DNA from: an uncultured Christensenella sp.
GTDB lineage: Bacteria > Bacillota > Clostridia > Christensenellales > UBA1242
Assembly: GCA_910584295.1 (NCBI GenBank)
Contig: CAJTYR010000004.1
Coordinates: forward strand, 41,496-105,495
Direction: 5' to 3'
DNA length: 64,000 nucleotides
Position numbers and translations under genes: made by a program. Positions 21,201-26,883 of the stretch are shown one piece after another. Each line of letters opens with the position of its first letter. The first letter of the stretch is position 1. A model generated the notes under the pieces. It worked only from the letters and a program-made list of their open reading frames with translations. It was not told where the DNA came from and did not search any database.

Positions 21201-21504
21201 TCTTGATCTTTCGGAGAAGTTCTGGACGCCTATTGGCACGATAATGTATTCATTCAATGGCTCCTTTGATTTCAACAAACATAGAGTGAAAGGTGTTTTC
21301 AACGCACTCATCTATGACACTGTAAGTTATGGTGGTCTCTTTGGAGTGCTTTCTCCAAACGCTGTCTTTGTTGAAGCAAAGACGGAGAAGTGGTATATCT
21401 ATCTCATCATAGGTATTGTTGCATTTCTCGTGATTGTCATTGTAATTCTTATCATTTTGGCAAAACGACGCAAGAAGCGTAGAGAAAAATTGGCAACTGC
21501 CTGA
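3232..21504 (+). CDS. giant (6,090 aa) modular surface protein: signal peptide, GLUG-type modules, Listeria-Bacteroides (Flg_new) repeats, MBG/YDG-like modules, divergent InlB-B-repeat-like modules, C-terminal TM anchor
   Basis: Uninterrupted 18,273-nt ORF with GAGGAG SD. Signal peptide MKKKSIFLFLSMIVLGVCSALG..VHA/ES. W.PIG..F.G.FDG.GH.I...GLFG modules at nt ~3550-3680, ~4780-4915 and ~21215-21345. GHSLSGWTYEMD..LYVYALWTPKNY (~8755-9060) and REGYEFVGWYDGEE..LTARWKI (~16900-17145). F.YG / KTYDG modules ~12000-15900. C-terminal WYIYLIIGIVAFLVIVIVILIIL + KRRKKRREK. Confidence 0.9.
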   Translation: MKKKSIFLFLSMIVLGVCSALGFFNIKSEQVHAESSVYEGSTTASVWEGTCENEVDETDFFTISATKEHHILTARGFGFFAQRVTSGLYPFIDEKVFLDCDIDLAKHEWKPIGYDDGHSFKGTFDGQGHSIYNLKISQKTSDYAGLFGFATGSISNLCLKNVDIEVDGARSVGALAGNLTGNVYSNISVSGEIVANGATYVGGVIGESSTSALRNISNIMSDVVISATCSGTGSAVGGVFGRYAVGNGVIENVAFKGSITKTTATYAAGILGQLDAFSNLRNSYNVGSVSNSGVNTAGLVGYVNGTSSGNNKLSNLYNAGELTWQNGNVAGVYTSGLFGLFAGGKTFNVVNCVNLDRRQILSGDSQNFPLYRNANNATINATGTKFAVDQFATNLKDAQNSVRGLADMARNKGVYSNTEIFPDMSAIWDFENVWEISSGINGGLPYLLSTQNLGLANNDQQEVSSLKGEGTFENPFLIETAADLGFLSSHYVGGNNNGAEEWRGKYYSLQNDIDLTGKNWQPIGYSTDSAFTGVFDGNGHAIVGMTCSLQFKYSYHGLFGVTDGAVIKNLEIRDPRFINGGAEDNIVGALVGYAAGNTYIVNCKVPVKFDEQDLSAVGKADNGTLTIAYGKNNLVGNELTTLAVPSNATTTYDVEVEGNGGTFYDEKGKVVRGSYHVIVGEGGNIIEQSIDAGFKKELPSLSEKFGSDEKPNACTLIRRGYKLQDFIVGGNKVADIGATSVSASNMADLISGIIANYGKQNSKNVQVVYNQYEVENFGATSSNDYLRSEEFEVEYDSILSLDYPQIFRKDVKKDSDDLLRGTGFSIAGFYFRTTEEGLFGKEVDETAFANDTSLPNPTSEVYVKWVGNTETKYQLKVVLGKADNVVLGKFNLLDAIESVSLQSWGDQGTEFNKSATLQEENGKVIVSFDFDSTHSDMADNGVKLSVKLKGGYEFSQNVLISDFDGEHDFGHLAFGSSNASNIVNGEPKAFNESVLSDGLILRNLVGEYTINITLQRKTFTTATNVSSEEVFFAIAPNIPNVEAIEIYPNGFGGDPSVANPTTKLLENETYLGFDAINQKFVSGLASVGSEENPSGVAFDFNLTGYDEILLGYRFRQDGNLMTRYFKIVKEINDASVDQRYAYSYFEAVYENGEWKNIDLIAKLYVSANGDATSLTYLMASEFSIIGSVKDNISDTVISKDGYDDFGDGGELDGKENANTEILVMEESGLKKLRHDIKIEKVMGKFSSQIGFTATATTDTKITLISKYTKVSIDLKFVEYVNGEKREIVGEYAPKVILENGTNYQLPAGEENQSIPFKFVSSDFYRLHESKFDDRLSVVLSDGIDPNILITAETVALENGETDNGASWKATFNATNSNYFGGSWIVKKDAVKENKSNQDNYDTYTFSIIFGGTGRQPIRAGRYLVEIICDQIEYALNFDTKFVQYKQDGKYTKKDFTTESGNGAPSAHASVKAHGSADENYEMIESGFDRLSYNSDLKMETGLGAVSAYSFFDWYVEGELWSGFLSEINREWGREEAFEFSYSQIYDYFSTEVLNVNKPKDYTLSLSAIYVRKEIHISFPSTDGRVSVAGQDVYVTARSLGLEISVSSLDYSYAYETSISDDVNWNLNFAKSGTNGDSYYFSGFIVLNASNAVVKRVDVASESGAFTDAGVFKNNYSIKSFVIDKLENDETLLSSTSYTIVPMVTRKTANLFVVSGTGNGIDGAFTDGKNGDVFYRDGDNKISTTNTIVEIGNVNVGDTLYLNFEIDAKVDGGLRSVVVDRLFAERTGYSAPANGYWSWSNGAQSGQLNGSQLYIASSYFDGTSEDNTSINLVVYKTWIANSYTITFARNQGMFGGDNASNENLTVTVYYDSKVENALTSDDISRIGHSLSGWTYEMDNNDQIVFDADGQTLGLEGVFDAEGNYVSTGNLYVYALWTPKNYVVQLVTNGANTIAGEDAGETLEFEIAYGSTFADAFEKLGLSGGDNSPVREGFTFNEIYANGAYRQTITSNTIFSETLPSCLLKEDGSASIVLYIDWKFDKTYVDLSFENSQISRTYTANEISIFLAEYFKAGFNAKGYVIEVVDDQTISISMKDETHTSVTVELVSSSLEVSGNSSFEVRNVGRYNVSLVLTIVDDIGAGEALYSQTINLFAQVEAANLSGMLDGDNEGVWLANVKRLMADFVSDDTQARLENCYTFTAFVNNIAKSMDNTIPSNVTNKQVYEFVAYKYYYMITSAQYSRFKQMTYADFVKVKEENGVDVENVLERVNFFDFFDHKSEGVKTISMYNSSIQLTSSTVENPNAEVLIDRVEIVADSINVDSMYYFRAVIKNSGEDSNLNNYALSFDENGEAYIYLGRIYIMPELFLIESETKNNSTYYNANVLNVTAPWQDGRIACDVENFEEYFKIDENLFARANLFTSNLGNERIDTDFNFLSSDNFLYFDNLSVYEKTFVEEEIVMVDVTNKFKFVLDKNYVFTILNIDGVASIEISAKYLSYIDGFMTFADLPASSPNDLLKITQVTYDFGGGVKRIANSTDGLQERAYEEDGNIICQVEKNNCNTVSIILSKFAKSVTVMTNEKSLTEYIALYKWADNPTYNIDGTMENNTSFTINKDSLEESEGGLSTYNFYAVYTDMVLVNYNLNFPSNYGTSSPTTSWLKLGESTIDELLLPNESGFKLATLTLTKTKESYESIFDNVDGKFKGLLPTDRHAKVELEAKWQIEEMNYEQTLTEYRTSVYGFDYLAVSSVVNIYNKNDNLFNYSYEWFKGEKLLSKLERFSLEGNGTIEESGTYRLVVTANVKKEFLSTALVNSEGATSSFEVSFDLEFIKNKLLSITFAGENHFEYDSTNHMNGWHVSIEYAVYDPTTESYSENPSYAIEYFAAAKNLDFLIKRNGQTTSTMKDAGTYIISATGKEDVYSNAVEFGKVEFEVVVSPYEVELSELEIRFKRYFNGQEINLSKEHYLANENVTLNFERQSGEDVGVYALMLSSISEDKKENYRLKMNGVVVFENGAVTTAGQTTKVGEFEIEKSGTLTLSYEVTDSNPETIEVSYSADGYRVELDGWTLKIFNGENLLKSLRLRLFDETAKEEITRSQILQILSENFRSVNIQFFDTTAKDLARSSGTYSYAFSGLDEVSNYFSTVEFAKGYQFVIGKIIIDISTLGLNKIYNGKTIEYFTQTGAKIEDIDAFDGVYVSATYENAHVGTTRVDLSLHDTNDSGEVSNYQLSEGSMQATISKLSATLTAVMDKETFEYGEISLANLESHVDKNYKIVDGLGNDVSALLASGYYNISYFLLSTVKTNASGFVYAGTYDLQATASFDDFNMTLKLPKIKIGQKKIEKGISVGQISILASESIADTYKEEYTITETGDTFSIIYNVVGGIVESNTSGDFYNLALAFNEYVNSSVLISIQTDNKGFVVKPEENLVYIVLDKTKLDKAIYNGFAYNFSVDVGNKQLLISNNGIFTNVDFSFVYANGGASADDVVLSELEIFSGANAKSFADAGSYRLSFRATSSTHANFAFQEEYMFQIAKREVDARTLNLERTYSGSATFTIDDFDGKVGEDGVSLIAKFASANAGDEIDVSLFLQGTKSVNYELKNADGLKGKIKKAEAYVELVKTEFIYGNLTSRDSAPFRVISGGFAVSASQYQVTLTLENSTYSAVGYLECNTYLVSMSTMFSTNYNITFADNQRITVSPFSFSVSLATSGQFSYVYGAPETTTDIFVGNYQTPLNETIGLSFTREMGQEVGYYKVLSAMSTSKNYIVTETTDRSDGAFRILKKQDVVYILMSSSDVVLGSEKEISTITYDGNLYDKVSVVQKSGSKDYQLVYESSETSTAKQFYDLNFYSYNSETDEYTRLTDVTIDGLNAKIEFANSEGGRSVGEYLLNVQNATADNFSVVLGKYGLQSFYLNIEKRDVYFLDRKVSKVFDNQDAEIVYEDPTQLLDGILASDVDKLKLIIRIKSGDALAKYVGYSYSVEAELEGGTNYRLNLESLQHESLIGQILPAELIISVNNQTFVYGEEIVIDFEYSTEVDLNKYDRGMGISLLPIAEDDRYSTSGSLRVGEYEMGCILGTPDFKATYIVNGTAADNLSTATVTILKKGLSLEGVKQELEEIFTKTYDGSTEVSLTDESGADKLRLVGIVSKERPVEGAEDETTQVMTDDVRLENATYERESIGKSITINFTLGGTESDFENYSLASWGYGVIEPVVVGIVFNYNANGSDVKSNVETNKLPQLSAIAFPFMDSSTLTANSADAQTTSVRNFPTNLTGRSGYRFQKWTMSFKGEQFAEGTDEYSYLRSVLGVSGLTYVYDADAKEFIIDVSNNAETVNFLGLLLGNEADILGTYYKNHAGQSFTFDAAWEILNYQISVKIADEKGGDASFGKVVLDAGDGNPIEITSSYTGKFDYGTKITLLATPEEHCSYVGFYNATGSIYYDSGTVNGVIVTASGNGALLTVEKLGGTFNFVARFEADKVDVEVDLSQATDATISSEKFTLKEGGIYSWKATYLELENFALSDIGISREGFSLISISDGEETITDFENTKLSSLISEGQTTLILTPNFDAVGVVVTLDFADGKTENKRIIVPFKSKYSESSDWIETPTREGYEFVGWYDGEENEITGQSVLSTIENHTLTARWKILSFDLSITAENVTISSDSVDFVVSGNSYSLADVEFNTEVVFTVSAKLGYELTEEVVEKWSKFFDVTISAGVANVSLKMPAQDVVCTIASVALTNTITITGTNIGQILAYDVTESENPLEVVAGKVNIETGRTLKLIVSAEYGYQMIEEYVCMDPDAIISHSISNDVLTLTISNILRDISIELSTLEVINDVTIRFNDNDMISAFVVGGVNYKNSLETMLPFRVVEGENLEMYVKYEHGFEYDTSETEAGYSILCEKATEGVYGEEGYYKIIVSNIECDGLINILGKLAHFTIETRVLSYNELKQPVDEPSNKIFIGGAEAGQTSISVEYGSQISLSYQMHSTFNFAGWSKDGVNVFSTDENLVYTVEDNETIYAIFSSMRFTIRFGTYNNYILYSEYSDPNREREIYQEIVGKGEKYIDADSREELDSLVLYYGASKTISYVVPTGYRFYGFGYYKNSEFVMLNVDETDAKEATFTISSLELDEDVVNFTLYVIVKAYSFNININTAIDIDGIREENIDVGGAKLVGHRGEDVNAFGYVEGTRTRYSNDDFVNGNLADDRHFKVVGFTGENVYIKVNTRKPGYKFLNVASNSSEITISEIEKTDTYAIYLISGAIGGKEFDVDVLFKPNLNDIKIGFKLGENAVDGGAITYMTDEKNSHKVFASGRDYSSITVSAYTDSRFEVFAYVRTGFEIDPQNIQIVCQNDIIDRNSIEYTPLSITKDGFTGRVKFVVRDFLFENEIVLKLETTKYTVKFVEEGKTLAIVKDVEFGSKLNLNQTNEENIQIIGSDTGLKFVDGKLEFLMEKENYRFEGLFTSENGAGTMYIDANGKVLSDWFESGYKLNSLTSRYELTENAYFNTQTGQMEISLYVYWSYYKTRIKFNLVPDVNLNVTAQDMVSGVDYTNSWFYPTSKYYIEVAFNTNIYIKAPKINGYKFYKFIIKQRDINGNALEDVVTFSEEVPWSTNELDNIVECEVQIIYFAQIDVVVFGGEGTFRVEQESADSQAMMLNSENYVDTTKIFKLVAVYDENNFDFVRWNNITSGQSWWSKEWDGLQVRARTTLILNLQGRTFTMSFENPNGQLYDFTFGQVLNVITTSSDNNVKAYRLGYYSAGKFIPTTNTVDVSVGDRVTLAVSIDYGFVAIWNNDAITFSNYTDGIYYFDMNITDCPPDAVLRILPEFKNEILSVYLDRDFVEKDKVKDAIDFNSVSMAGSATFGGRKVNSFTVNSAVESINVKLTTNARYKISSIVVKNYDKVFANVEAFTTDKGDILLSRKFLDDNNIVGTIQIVIRYERILWEDHLVTQTSFKGKGTDEDPYQISSVEDLVLMMRLCNSGAFASGGKQYRSASYILMKDLDLSEKFWTPIGTIMYSFNGSFDFNKHRVKGVFNALIYDTVSYGGLFGVLSPNAVFVEAKTEKWYIYLIIGIVAFLVIVIVILIILAKRRKKRREKLATA

Positions 21505-21560
21505 TATTTTCAAAAATATTTGAAGATTAACCTAAATATAAATAAAGCAAGGAGGCTTTT

Positions 21561-22319
21561 GTGGAAATCCTTGCTTTATTTTTTTTGGGGCTTGTCCAAG
21601 GACTGACAGAGTTTTTGCCAGTTTCTTCTTCCGGACATCTGGTGCTATTTTCAAAATTATTTGGCATTGAGGAAAGCCTTTTTGTCAGCATAATTTTGCA
21701 TGTGGCGACTTTATGTTCGATTTTTGTGGTGTATCGTAAAGACATCTGGCAGATGATTCGCCATCCATTTTCTTTTGAAACTTTAAGTATTGCAGTCGCA
21801 ACAATACCAACATGTATCTTGTGCTTGATACTGATGCCAGTGATAAAAATGTCATTTTCTGGTGGACTTTTGCCTTTATGTTTCTTCATCTCTGCAATTT
21901 TGCTTTTGACAAGTGAAAGGGTTTCCAAAAAGAAAGGACAAAAAACTTTTTCTTTCAAAGATGCTTTTCTCATTGGCGTGGCACAAGGCTTCGCGGTTTT
22001 TCCTGGCGTGTCAAGGTCTGGAACAACAATAAGTGCTGGGCTTTTGTGTGGAAACAAGAAGGAAGATGTGACGAAATTTTCTTTTCTTATGTCTTTGCCA
22101 ATCATTTTGATATCGCTTCTCATGGAGATTTTTGAAATAGTGATGGGAGGACAAGTTTTGAAAGTGTCCATAGTTGGAATCTTGCTTTCCTTTGTCACTG
22201 CGTTTTTGACAGGGTTGTTTTCAATAAAGCTTATGATAAAGCTGACTCAAAAATCCAGTCTTAAGTATTTTGCAGCATATCTCTTTTTGATTTCCATTGT
22301 CACGCTTTTTATCTTGTGA
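21561..22319 (+). CDS. uppP: undecaprenyl-diphosphate phosphatase
   Basis: GTG start 5 nt after GGAGG. LTEFLPVSSSGHL and PGVSRSGTTI motifs, polytopic membrane protein, 252 aa. Confidence 0.93.
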   Translation: MEILALFFLGLVQGLTEFLPVSSSGHLVLFSKLFGIEESLFVSIILHVATLCSIFVVYRKDIWQMIRHPFSFETLSIAVATIPTCILCLILMPVIKMSFSGGLLPLCFFISAILLLTSERVSKKKGQKTFSFKDAFLIGVAQGFAVFPGVSRSGTTISAGLLCGNKKEDVTKFSFLMSLPIILISLLMEIFEIVMGGQVLKVSIVGILLSFVTAFLTGLFSIKLMIKLTQKSSLKYFAAYLFLISIVTLFIL

Positions 22320-22379
22320 GAAATATGTCGAAAAGTGATAAGCAAATTCTTTGTTAAATAAGTTATTCAAGGAGTGGGT

Positions 22380-25010
22380 GTGAAAGATAAGAATTTCTAT
22401 AAAAAAAGTATCAAGCAGTGTTTAGCGGAATATGATTCAAGCTTAGATGGATTATCAAGTGTCCAAGTTGAAAACAGAATTGCGGAAAGCAAGTTATATT
22501 CTATTAAACCGCAAAAAAAGCAATCACTTTTTGTTAAGTTTCTTTGTCAGATAAAAGAACTTATGGTGCTTGTGTTGCTTGTCTCTGGAATTGTTTCAAT
22601 TGTCATGGGGGCTATTGAGAGATCGACGAGTGAAATTGTTGATGGCGCAATCATTTTGGGAATTGTTGTGATGAATGCTCTTTTTGGTGTTTTTCAAGAA
22701 AGAAAGAGTGAAAAAGCAATAGACAGCTTGAAAAAGATGACTCAACCAGAAACTTTTGTTGTTCGTGATGGAGCGGTTGTAAAGATTAAAACATCCGAAC
22801 TTGTTTTTGGTGATGTGGTTTGCCTTGAAGCTGGAAGCATTGTGCCTGCCGACTTGCGTCTTATTGAAAGCGCCAATTTGAAAATTAATGAATCTGCACT
22901 TACAGGTGAAAGTGACGCTGTGGGCAAAGACCATGAAATAATTTATGACAAAGATGTTGCTCTTGCGGACAGAAAAAATGTTGCATATTCGGGTAGTGTG
23001 GTGGAAGATGGACATGGGAAAGGAATTGTTTGCGCACTTGGCACACAAACGGAAATTGGAAAAATTGCGGAAAGCCTTAAAGAAACAAAAAAGGATTTGA
23101 CAAAACTGCAAAAAGACATAAAGGCAATTGGGAAAATTTTGACATACCTGATTTTGCTGATTGCAAGTGTCACTTTTGTTTTGGAAGTGGTGGCAAATCC
23201 AAAAGATATTCTCAATGCTTTTCTCACTGCTGTTGCAATTTCAGTGGCTGCAATCCCTGAAAGTTTGCCTGCAGTGATCACAATTATCATGAGTTTAGGC
23301 ATTGCAAAACTATCAAAAGAAAAAGCCATTGTCAAGCGTATGCATGCTGTTGAGACATTGGGAGCATGTGACGTGATTTGTTCTGACAAAACTGGGACAA
23401 TAACTCAAAACAAGATGAAAGTTGAGAAGACCTTTACGTTTTTTGATAAAAAAAGTATTTTTTTTGATATTTTTTTGAAAAATATGGTGCTTTGCAATGA
23501 TGCAAAAATTGGAGGAAGCGGTTATGTTGGCACATCAACGGAGGTTGCTCTTCTTAATTATGCAAAAAAGTTGGGTTGCTTAAAGGAAGAGATTTTTGAT
23601 AGATATGAAAGAGTTGATGAGGTTTCATTCAATTCAAAGCGCAAAATGATGACAACATCAAATTTGGTTGAAGGGAAAAAGATTGTTTTTATGAAAGGGG
23701 CTTTGGATAGGGTTCTTGAAAAATGCAAATTTTATGCTGTTGAAGACAAAATTCTACCTCTAGATAAATCCGCAAAAGATAAAATCATAAGTCAAAACAA
23801 AAAGATGTGTGAAGGGGCATTGCGAGTGATTTCGTTTGCTTATAAACCAAGCGAAGAAAAATGCCTAAACGAAGATGAAATGATATTTTTGGGACTTTGT
23901 GGCATTGTTGATCCACCAAGGAAGGAAATCATTGATGCCGTGAAAAAATGTCATGGTGCTGGAATGCGCTCAGTGATGATCACAGGAGATTATAAGGACA
24001 CTGCTTTTGCAATTGCAAAGAAGGTTGGAATTGCTTCCTCCTTAGATGAAGTGATTTCTGGCGAAGAAATTGACCTTTTAAATGAAACTGATTTTCAAAA
24101 GGCTGTTGAAAAGAAAAGTGTTTTTGCAAGGGTGTCTCCAGAGCATAAGGTTCGTATTGTGGATGCACTGAAGAAGAATGGACATATTGTTGCGATGACT
24201 GGCGATGGAGTCAACGATGCTCCAAGTCTTAAGAAAGCAGACATTGGAATTGGAATGGGAAAGACTGGCACAGACGTTGTGAAAGATGTCGCTGATATAA
24301 TTATAACAGATGACAATTTTGCAACAATTGTTGTTGCGGTTGAAGAAGGAAGAAAAATTTACAGCAACATTCAGAAGACTGTCAAATATTTGTTTTCAGC
24401 AAATATGGCAGAAATCTTGGCATTGTTTTTCATCACGATTCTTTTTCCAAATAAGGTGTTTTTGCTTCCAGTGCAGATTTTGTTTGTCAACTTGATTACA
24501 GACAGTTTGCCAGCAATCGCTTTGGGCACTCAAAAAGTTGAGACGTCGCTTATGAAACATAAGCCGAGAAATAAATCTGCTGGACTTCTCTCTGATGGCG
24601 TTGGAATGGGGATTTTGTGCTTGGGCATTATTCAAACTCTTTTAACAATGGGGGCATATCTTTTTGGGCTGTTTTTGCATGGAGAAGAGATTGCAATAAC
24701 AATGGCGTTCTACACTTTGAATCTTATTCAGCTTTTCTATATGTTCACAGCAATCACAAACGAAAGCATTTTCAAAGCAAATCCTTTCAAAAATAAATTT
24801 TTCAATTTTTCGCTTTTCATTGGGTTTGGGCTTTTAGGATTGATGATTTTCACAGATTTCGGAAAATTGTTGAAACTTCAAAGCCTTAATGCAACATGTT
24901 GGCTTGTGGTTTTAGCATTGTCAATTTCAATAATTTTTATTGGAGAAATCTATAAAGTTGTTGAAAGAAAAATCATGAGTTTTTATCACAAAAAGAAGGA
25001 GAAATGTTGA
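22380..25010 (+). CDS. calcium-translocating P-type ATPase (PMCA/SERCA-like)
   Basis: TGES actuator motif, CSDKTGTITQN phosphorylation site, TGDGVNDAPSLKKADIGIGMG hinge, IPESLPAV in TM4. Start moved to GTG 22380 because the ORF-track start (22374) overlaps the AAGGAG SD. Confidence 0.9.
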   Translation: MKDKNFYKKSIKQCLAEYDSSLDGLSSVQVENRIAESKLYSIKPQKKQSLFVKFLCQIKELMVLVLLVSGIVSIVMGAIERSTSEIVDGAIILGIVVMNALFGVFQERKSEKAIDSLKKMTQPETFVVRDGAVVKIKTSELVFGDVVCLEAGSIVPADLRLIESANLKINESALTGESDAVGKDHEIIYDKDVALADRKNVAYSGSVVEDGHGKGIVCALGTQTEIGKIAESLKETKKDLTKLQKDIKAIGKILTYLILLIASVTFVLEVVANPKDILNAFLTAVAISVAAIPESLPAVITIIMSLGIAKLSKEKAIVKRMHAVETLGACDVICSDKTGTITQNKMKVEKTFTFFDKKSIFFDIFLKNMVLCNDAKIGGSGYVGTSTEVALLNYAKKLGCLKEEIFDRYERVDEVSFNSKRKMMTTSNLVEGKKIVFMKGALDRVLEKCKFYAVEDKILPLDKSAKDKIISQNKKMCEGALRVISFAYKPSEEKCLNEDEMIFLGLCGIVDPPRKEIIDAVKKCHGAGMRSVMITGDYKDTAFAIAKKVGIASSLDEVISGEEIDLLNETDFQKAVEKKSVFARVSPEHKVRIVDALKKNGHIVAMTGDGVNDAPSLKKADIGIGMGKTGTDVVKDVADIIITDDNFATIVVAVEEGRKIYSNIQKTVKYLFSANMAEILALFFITILFPNKVFLLPVQILFVNLITDSLPAIALGTQKVETSLMKHKPRNKSAGLLSDGVGMGILCLGIIQTLLTMGAYLFGLFLHGEEIAITMAFYTLNLIQLFYMFTAITNESIFKANPFKNKFFNFSLFIGFGLLGLMIFTDFGKLLKLQSLNATCWLVVLALSISIIFIGEIYKVVERKIMSFYHKKKEKC

Positions 25011-25047
25011 TTTTAATTTTGTTGAAATCGTATCAAACATTCTCACC

Positions 25048-25085
25048 AAAATTGCATTAGAAATAATGCAATTTTATTTTTGCTT
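25048..25085 (+). terminator. rho-independent terminator after the ATPase gene
   Basis: AAAATTGCATTA (25048-59), loop GAAA, TAATGCAATTTT (25064-75), then a T-rich run. Confidence 0.75.
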
Positions 25086-25108
25086 TTTGATTTAAATTAT
25101 GCTAAAAT
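25080..25108 (+). promoter_or_regulatory. promoter of holB placed for a leaderless transcript
   Basis: TTGCTT (25080-85), 17 nt, TGc-TAAAAT (25100-08), then exactly 6 nt (caatat) to ATG 25115. No SD. Confidence 0.5.
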
Positions 25109-25114
25109 CAATAT

Positions 25115-26071
25115 ATGGGATTTGTGGAAATATTAAAAAAACAAAGTTTTTTTGAAAATATATTGAAAAAGAAAGAGAAAAAATCTCTTTCCAATTCAAT
25201 TATGTTTTTTTGCGATGACAGTTTGACAAGCAAAAAAGTTTTGATTATGACTGCACTTCTTCTTGAATATCCAACTTTCGATTTGTTTGATGAAAAAAGT
25301 GCGGAGTTTCTTAAGATCGAAGAAGGAATCGATTTAGATGTCAAAAGCTATCCTAAAAATGGTGAAAAACTTTTGGTGTCAGATGCAAATGAAATGGTGA
25401 GTGAAGCATATGTTAAGCCAGTAAACTTGCCTTATAAAATCTTTCTAATAAACAATTTCGACATTTCCACAGCAGAGGCACAAAATAAACTGCTTAAGGT
25501 TTTGGAAGAGCCTCCACAAAATGTTTATTTTATAATAAGCGTAAAAAATGAAGAGAAGGTTTTGCCAACAATCAAAAGTCGTTGTGAAAAAGTCCGAATT
25601 CCTCCACTTTCTGATGATGAAATCTTGCAAATATCAAAAGATAAACTGGCTTGTGTTTTGGGAGAGGGATTTATTGGAAAAACTTTGTCTCTTGAAAAAC
25701 ACAAAGAACTTTCAAGCGTTGCTGAATTTGCTGTGAGCATTTTCACAGAGCTTAAAAACAGCAAACAAGTTTTGAGTTTTTCAAAAAAGCTGTTGGAACA
25801 AAAAAATGATCTTGATCTTGTTTTGCAAGTTCTTTCACTTTGTGTTGAGGATATTATTAAGTTGAAGTGTGAAAGCGAGTCGTTATGCAAACTTAAGATG
25901 TTTCAATCGGAGTTGAAAGATGTTGAGCCGGAATTTTCTGCACAGTCTTTGTGCGAAATCTCTGGGCTCATTTCAAAGTTTAGAGAAAAATTGGAATTTA
26001 ACGCAAATTTGACTGTTGCGGTTGACAATTTTTTACTTAAAATGTTGGAGGTTAAATTTTTATGCAAGTAG
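25115..26071 (+). CDS. holB: DNA polymerase III subunit delta-prime
   Basis: LKVLEEPPQNVYFI and LPTIKSRC clamp-loader motifs, degenerate P-loop region, followed by ricT as in Bacillota. Confidence 0.85.
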   Translation: MGFVEILKKQSFFENILKKKEKKSLSNSIMFFCDDSLTSKKVLIMTALLLEYPTFDLFDEKSAEFLKIEEGIDLDVKSYPKNGEKLLVSDANEMVSEAYVKPVNLPYKIFLINNFDISTAEAQNKLLKVLEEPPQNVYFIISVKNEEKVLPTIKSRCEKVRIPPLSDDEILQISKDKLACVLGEGFIGKTLSLEKHKELSSVAEFAVSIFTELKNSKQVLSFSKKLLEQKNDLDLVLQVLSLCVEDIIKLKCESESLCKLKMFQSELKDVEPEFSAQSLCEISGLISKFREKLEFNANLTVAVDNFLLKMLEVKFLCK

Positions 26072-26883
26072 AAGTTGTTGGAGTAAAATTTAAAAACAGC
26101 AACCACATATATTCATTTGATCCAAATGGGATCGAGCTGAAAGTTGGAGATTATGTTTTGGTTGACACAGAGAAAGGAACTGATCTCGGTTGTATCATCA
26201 AAGAAAAAGAAACCATTGATGCAAGCACGCTTGTTGCTCCGCTGAAAAGAGTTGTCAAAATTGCTTCCGATGAGGTTGTGAAGAAGGCTGAAGAATTTGA
26301 CAAAGAGGCTGAAAAACTTTATCCAATGGTAAAGAAAATGGCAAAAGAAGAAAAACTTGACATGAAGATTGTCAAAGTTGAAGCAAGTTATGACAATTCA
26401 AAATACATTGTCAATTTCACATCAGAAAACAGAGTGGATTTTCGTGAGCTTGTCAAAAAACTTGCTGTTGCCATGAAAAAGCGTGTGGAACTTCGACAGG
26501 TGGGAAACCGTGACGAGGTAAGGATGGTTGGCGGTTTTGGTCCATGCGGAAAAATTTGTTGTTGTGTGCAAAACATGGGCGAATTTGATCATGTTTCAAT
26601 GAAGATGGCAAAAACTCAAAACCTGTCTCTCAATCCTGCAAGCATAAGTGGACTCTGTGGAAAGCTTATGTGCTGCATCGCTTATGAAAACCCTGTTTAT
26701 GTGGAAGCACTTAAAGTAATGCCTAAAGTTGGCTCATTTGTGAGCACAAAGGATGGAAGAGGAAGTGTGATTTACAACAATTTGCTAAAACGCGAGGTTT
26801 CAGTGAAATTTATAAATGGTGAAGACAGTGAAATCAAAGTTTACCCACTTGCCGATGTGACTTTCAAAAAGGAAGAAAAATGA
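26062..26883 (+). CDS. ricT: PSP1-domain protein RicT/YaaT
   Basis: Cys cluster GPCGKICCCVQN...GLCGKLMCCIAYE typical of the PSP1 C-terminal domain. Overlaps the holB stop. GGAGG SD. Confidence 0.9.
   Translation: MQVEVVGVKFKNSNHIYSFDPNGIELKVGDYVLVDTEKGTDLGCIIKEKETIDASTLVAPLKRVVKIASDEVVKKAEEFDKEAEKLYPMVKKMAKEEKLDMKIVKVEASYDNSKYIVNFTSENRVDFRELVKKLAVAMKKRVELRQVGNRDEVRMVGGFGPCGKICCCVQNMGEFDHVSMKMAKTQNLSLNPASISGLCGKLMCCIAYENPVYVEALKVMPKVGSFVSTKDGRGSVIYNNLLKREVSVKFINGEDSEIKVYPLADVTFKKEEK

Noticed and set aside
21300-21504. Search for LPXTG, NPQTN or similar sortase signals before the C-terminal TM helices of the three giant proteins (also 52560-52675 and 52916-53030).
   Set aside because: None is present, so the helices are treated as plain membrane anchors.
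3253-21513. Dozens of 60-142-codon ORFs on the opposite strand or in alternative frames inside the 6,090-codon gene (e.g. 3253-3618, 17852-18280, 21250-21513).
   Set aside because: All are fully embedded in a long, motif-rich ORF. They have no SD or promoter context and have low-complexity, Cys/His/Gln- or Phe/Ile-rich compositions typical of out-of-frame translation of AT-rich coding DNA.
21579-21586. T8 tract in codons 7-9 of uppP, and an A8 tract in codons 2-5 of the flippase gene (about 35219-35228), considered as phase-variation switches.
   Set aside because: Both are in frame in essential-type genes, and such runs are expected by composition in an AT-rich genome. Only the dnaX A9, which coincides with a frame change, was kept.
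21527-22198. 223-codon ORF antisense to uppP.
   Set aside because: It overlaps almost the whole of a gene with textbook UppP motifs and a GGAGG SD. The antisense product has no recognisable features.
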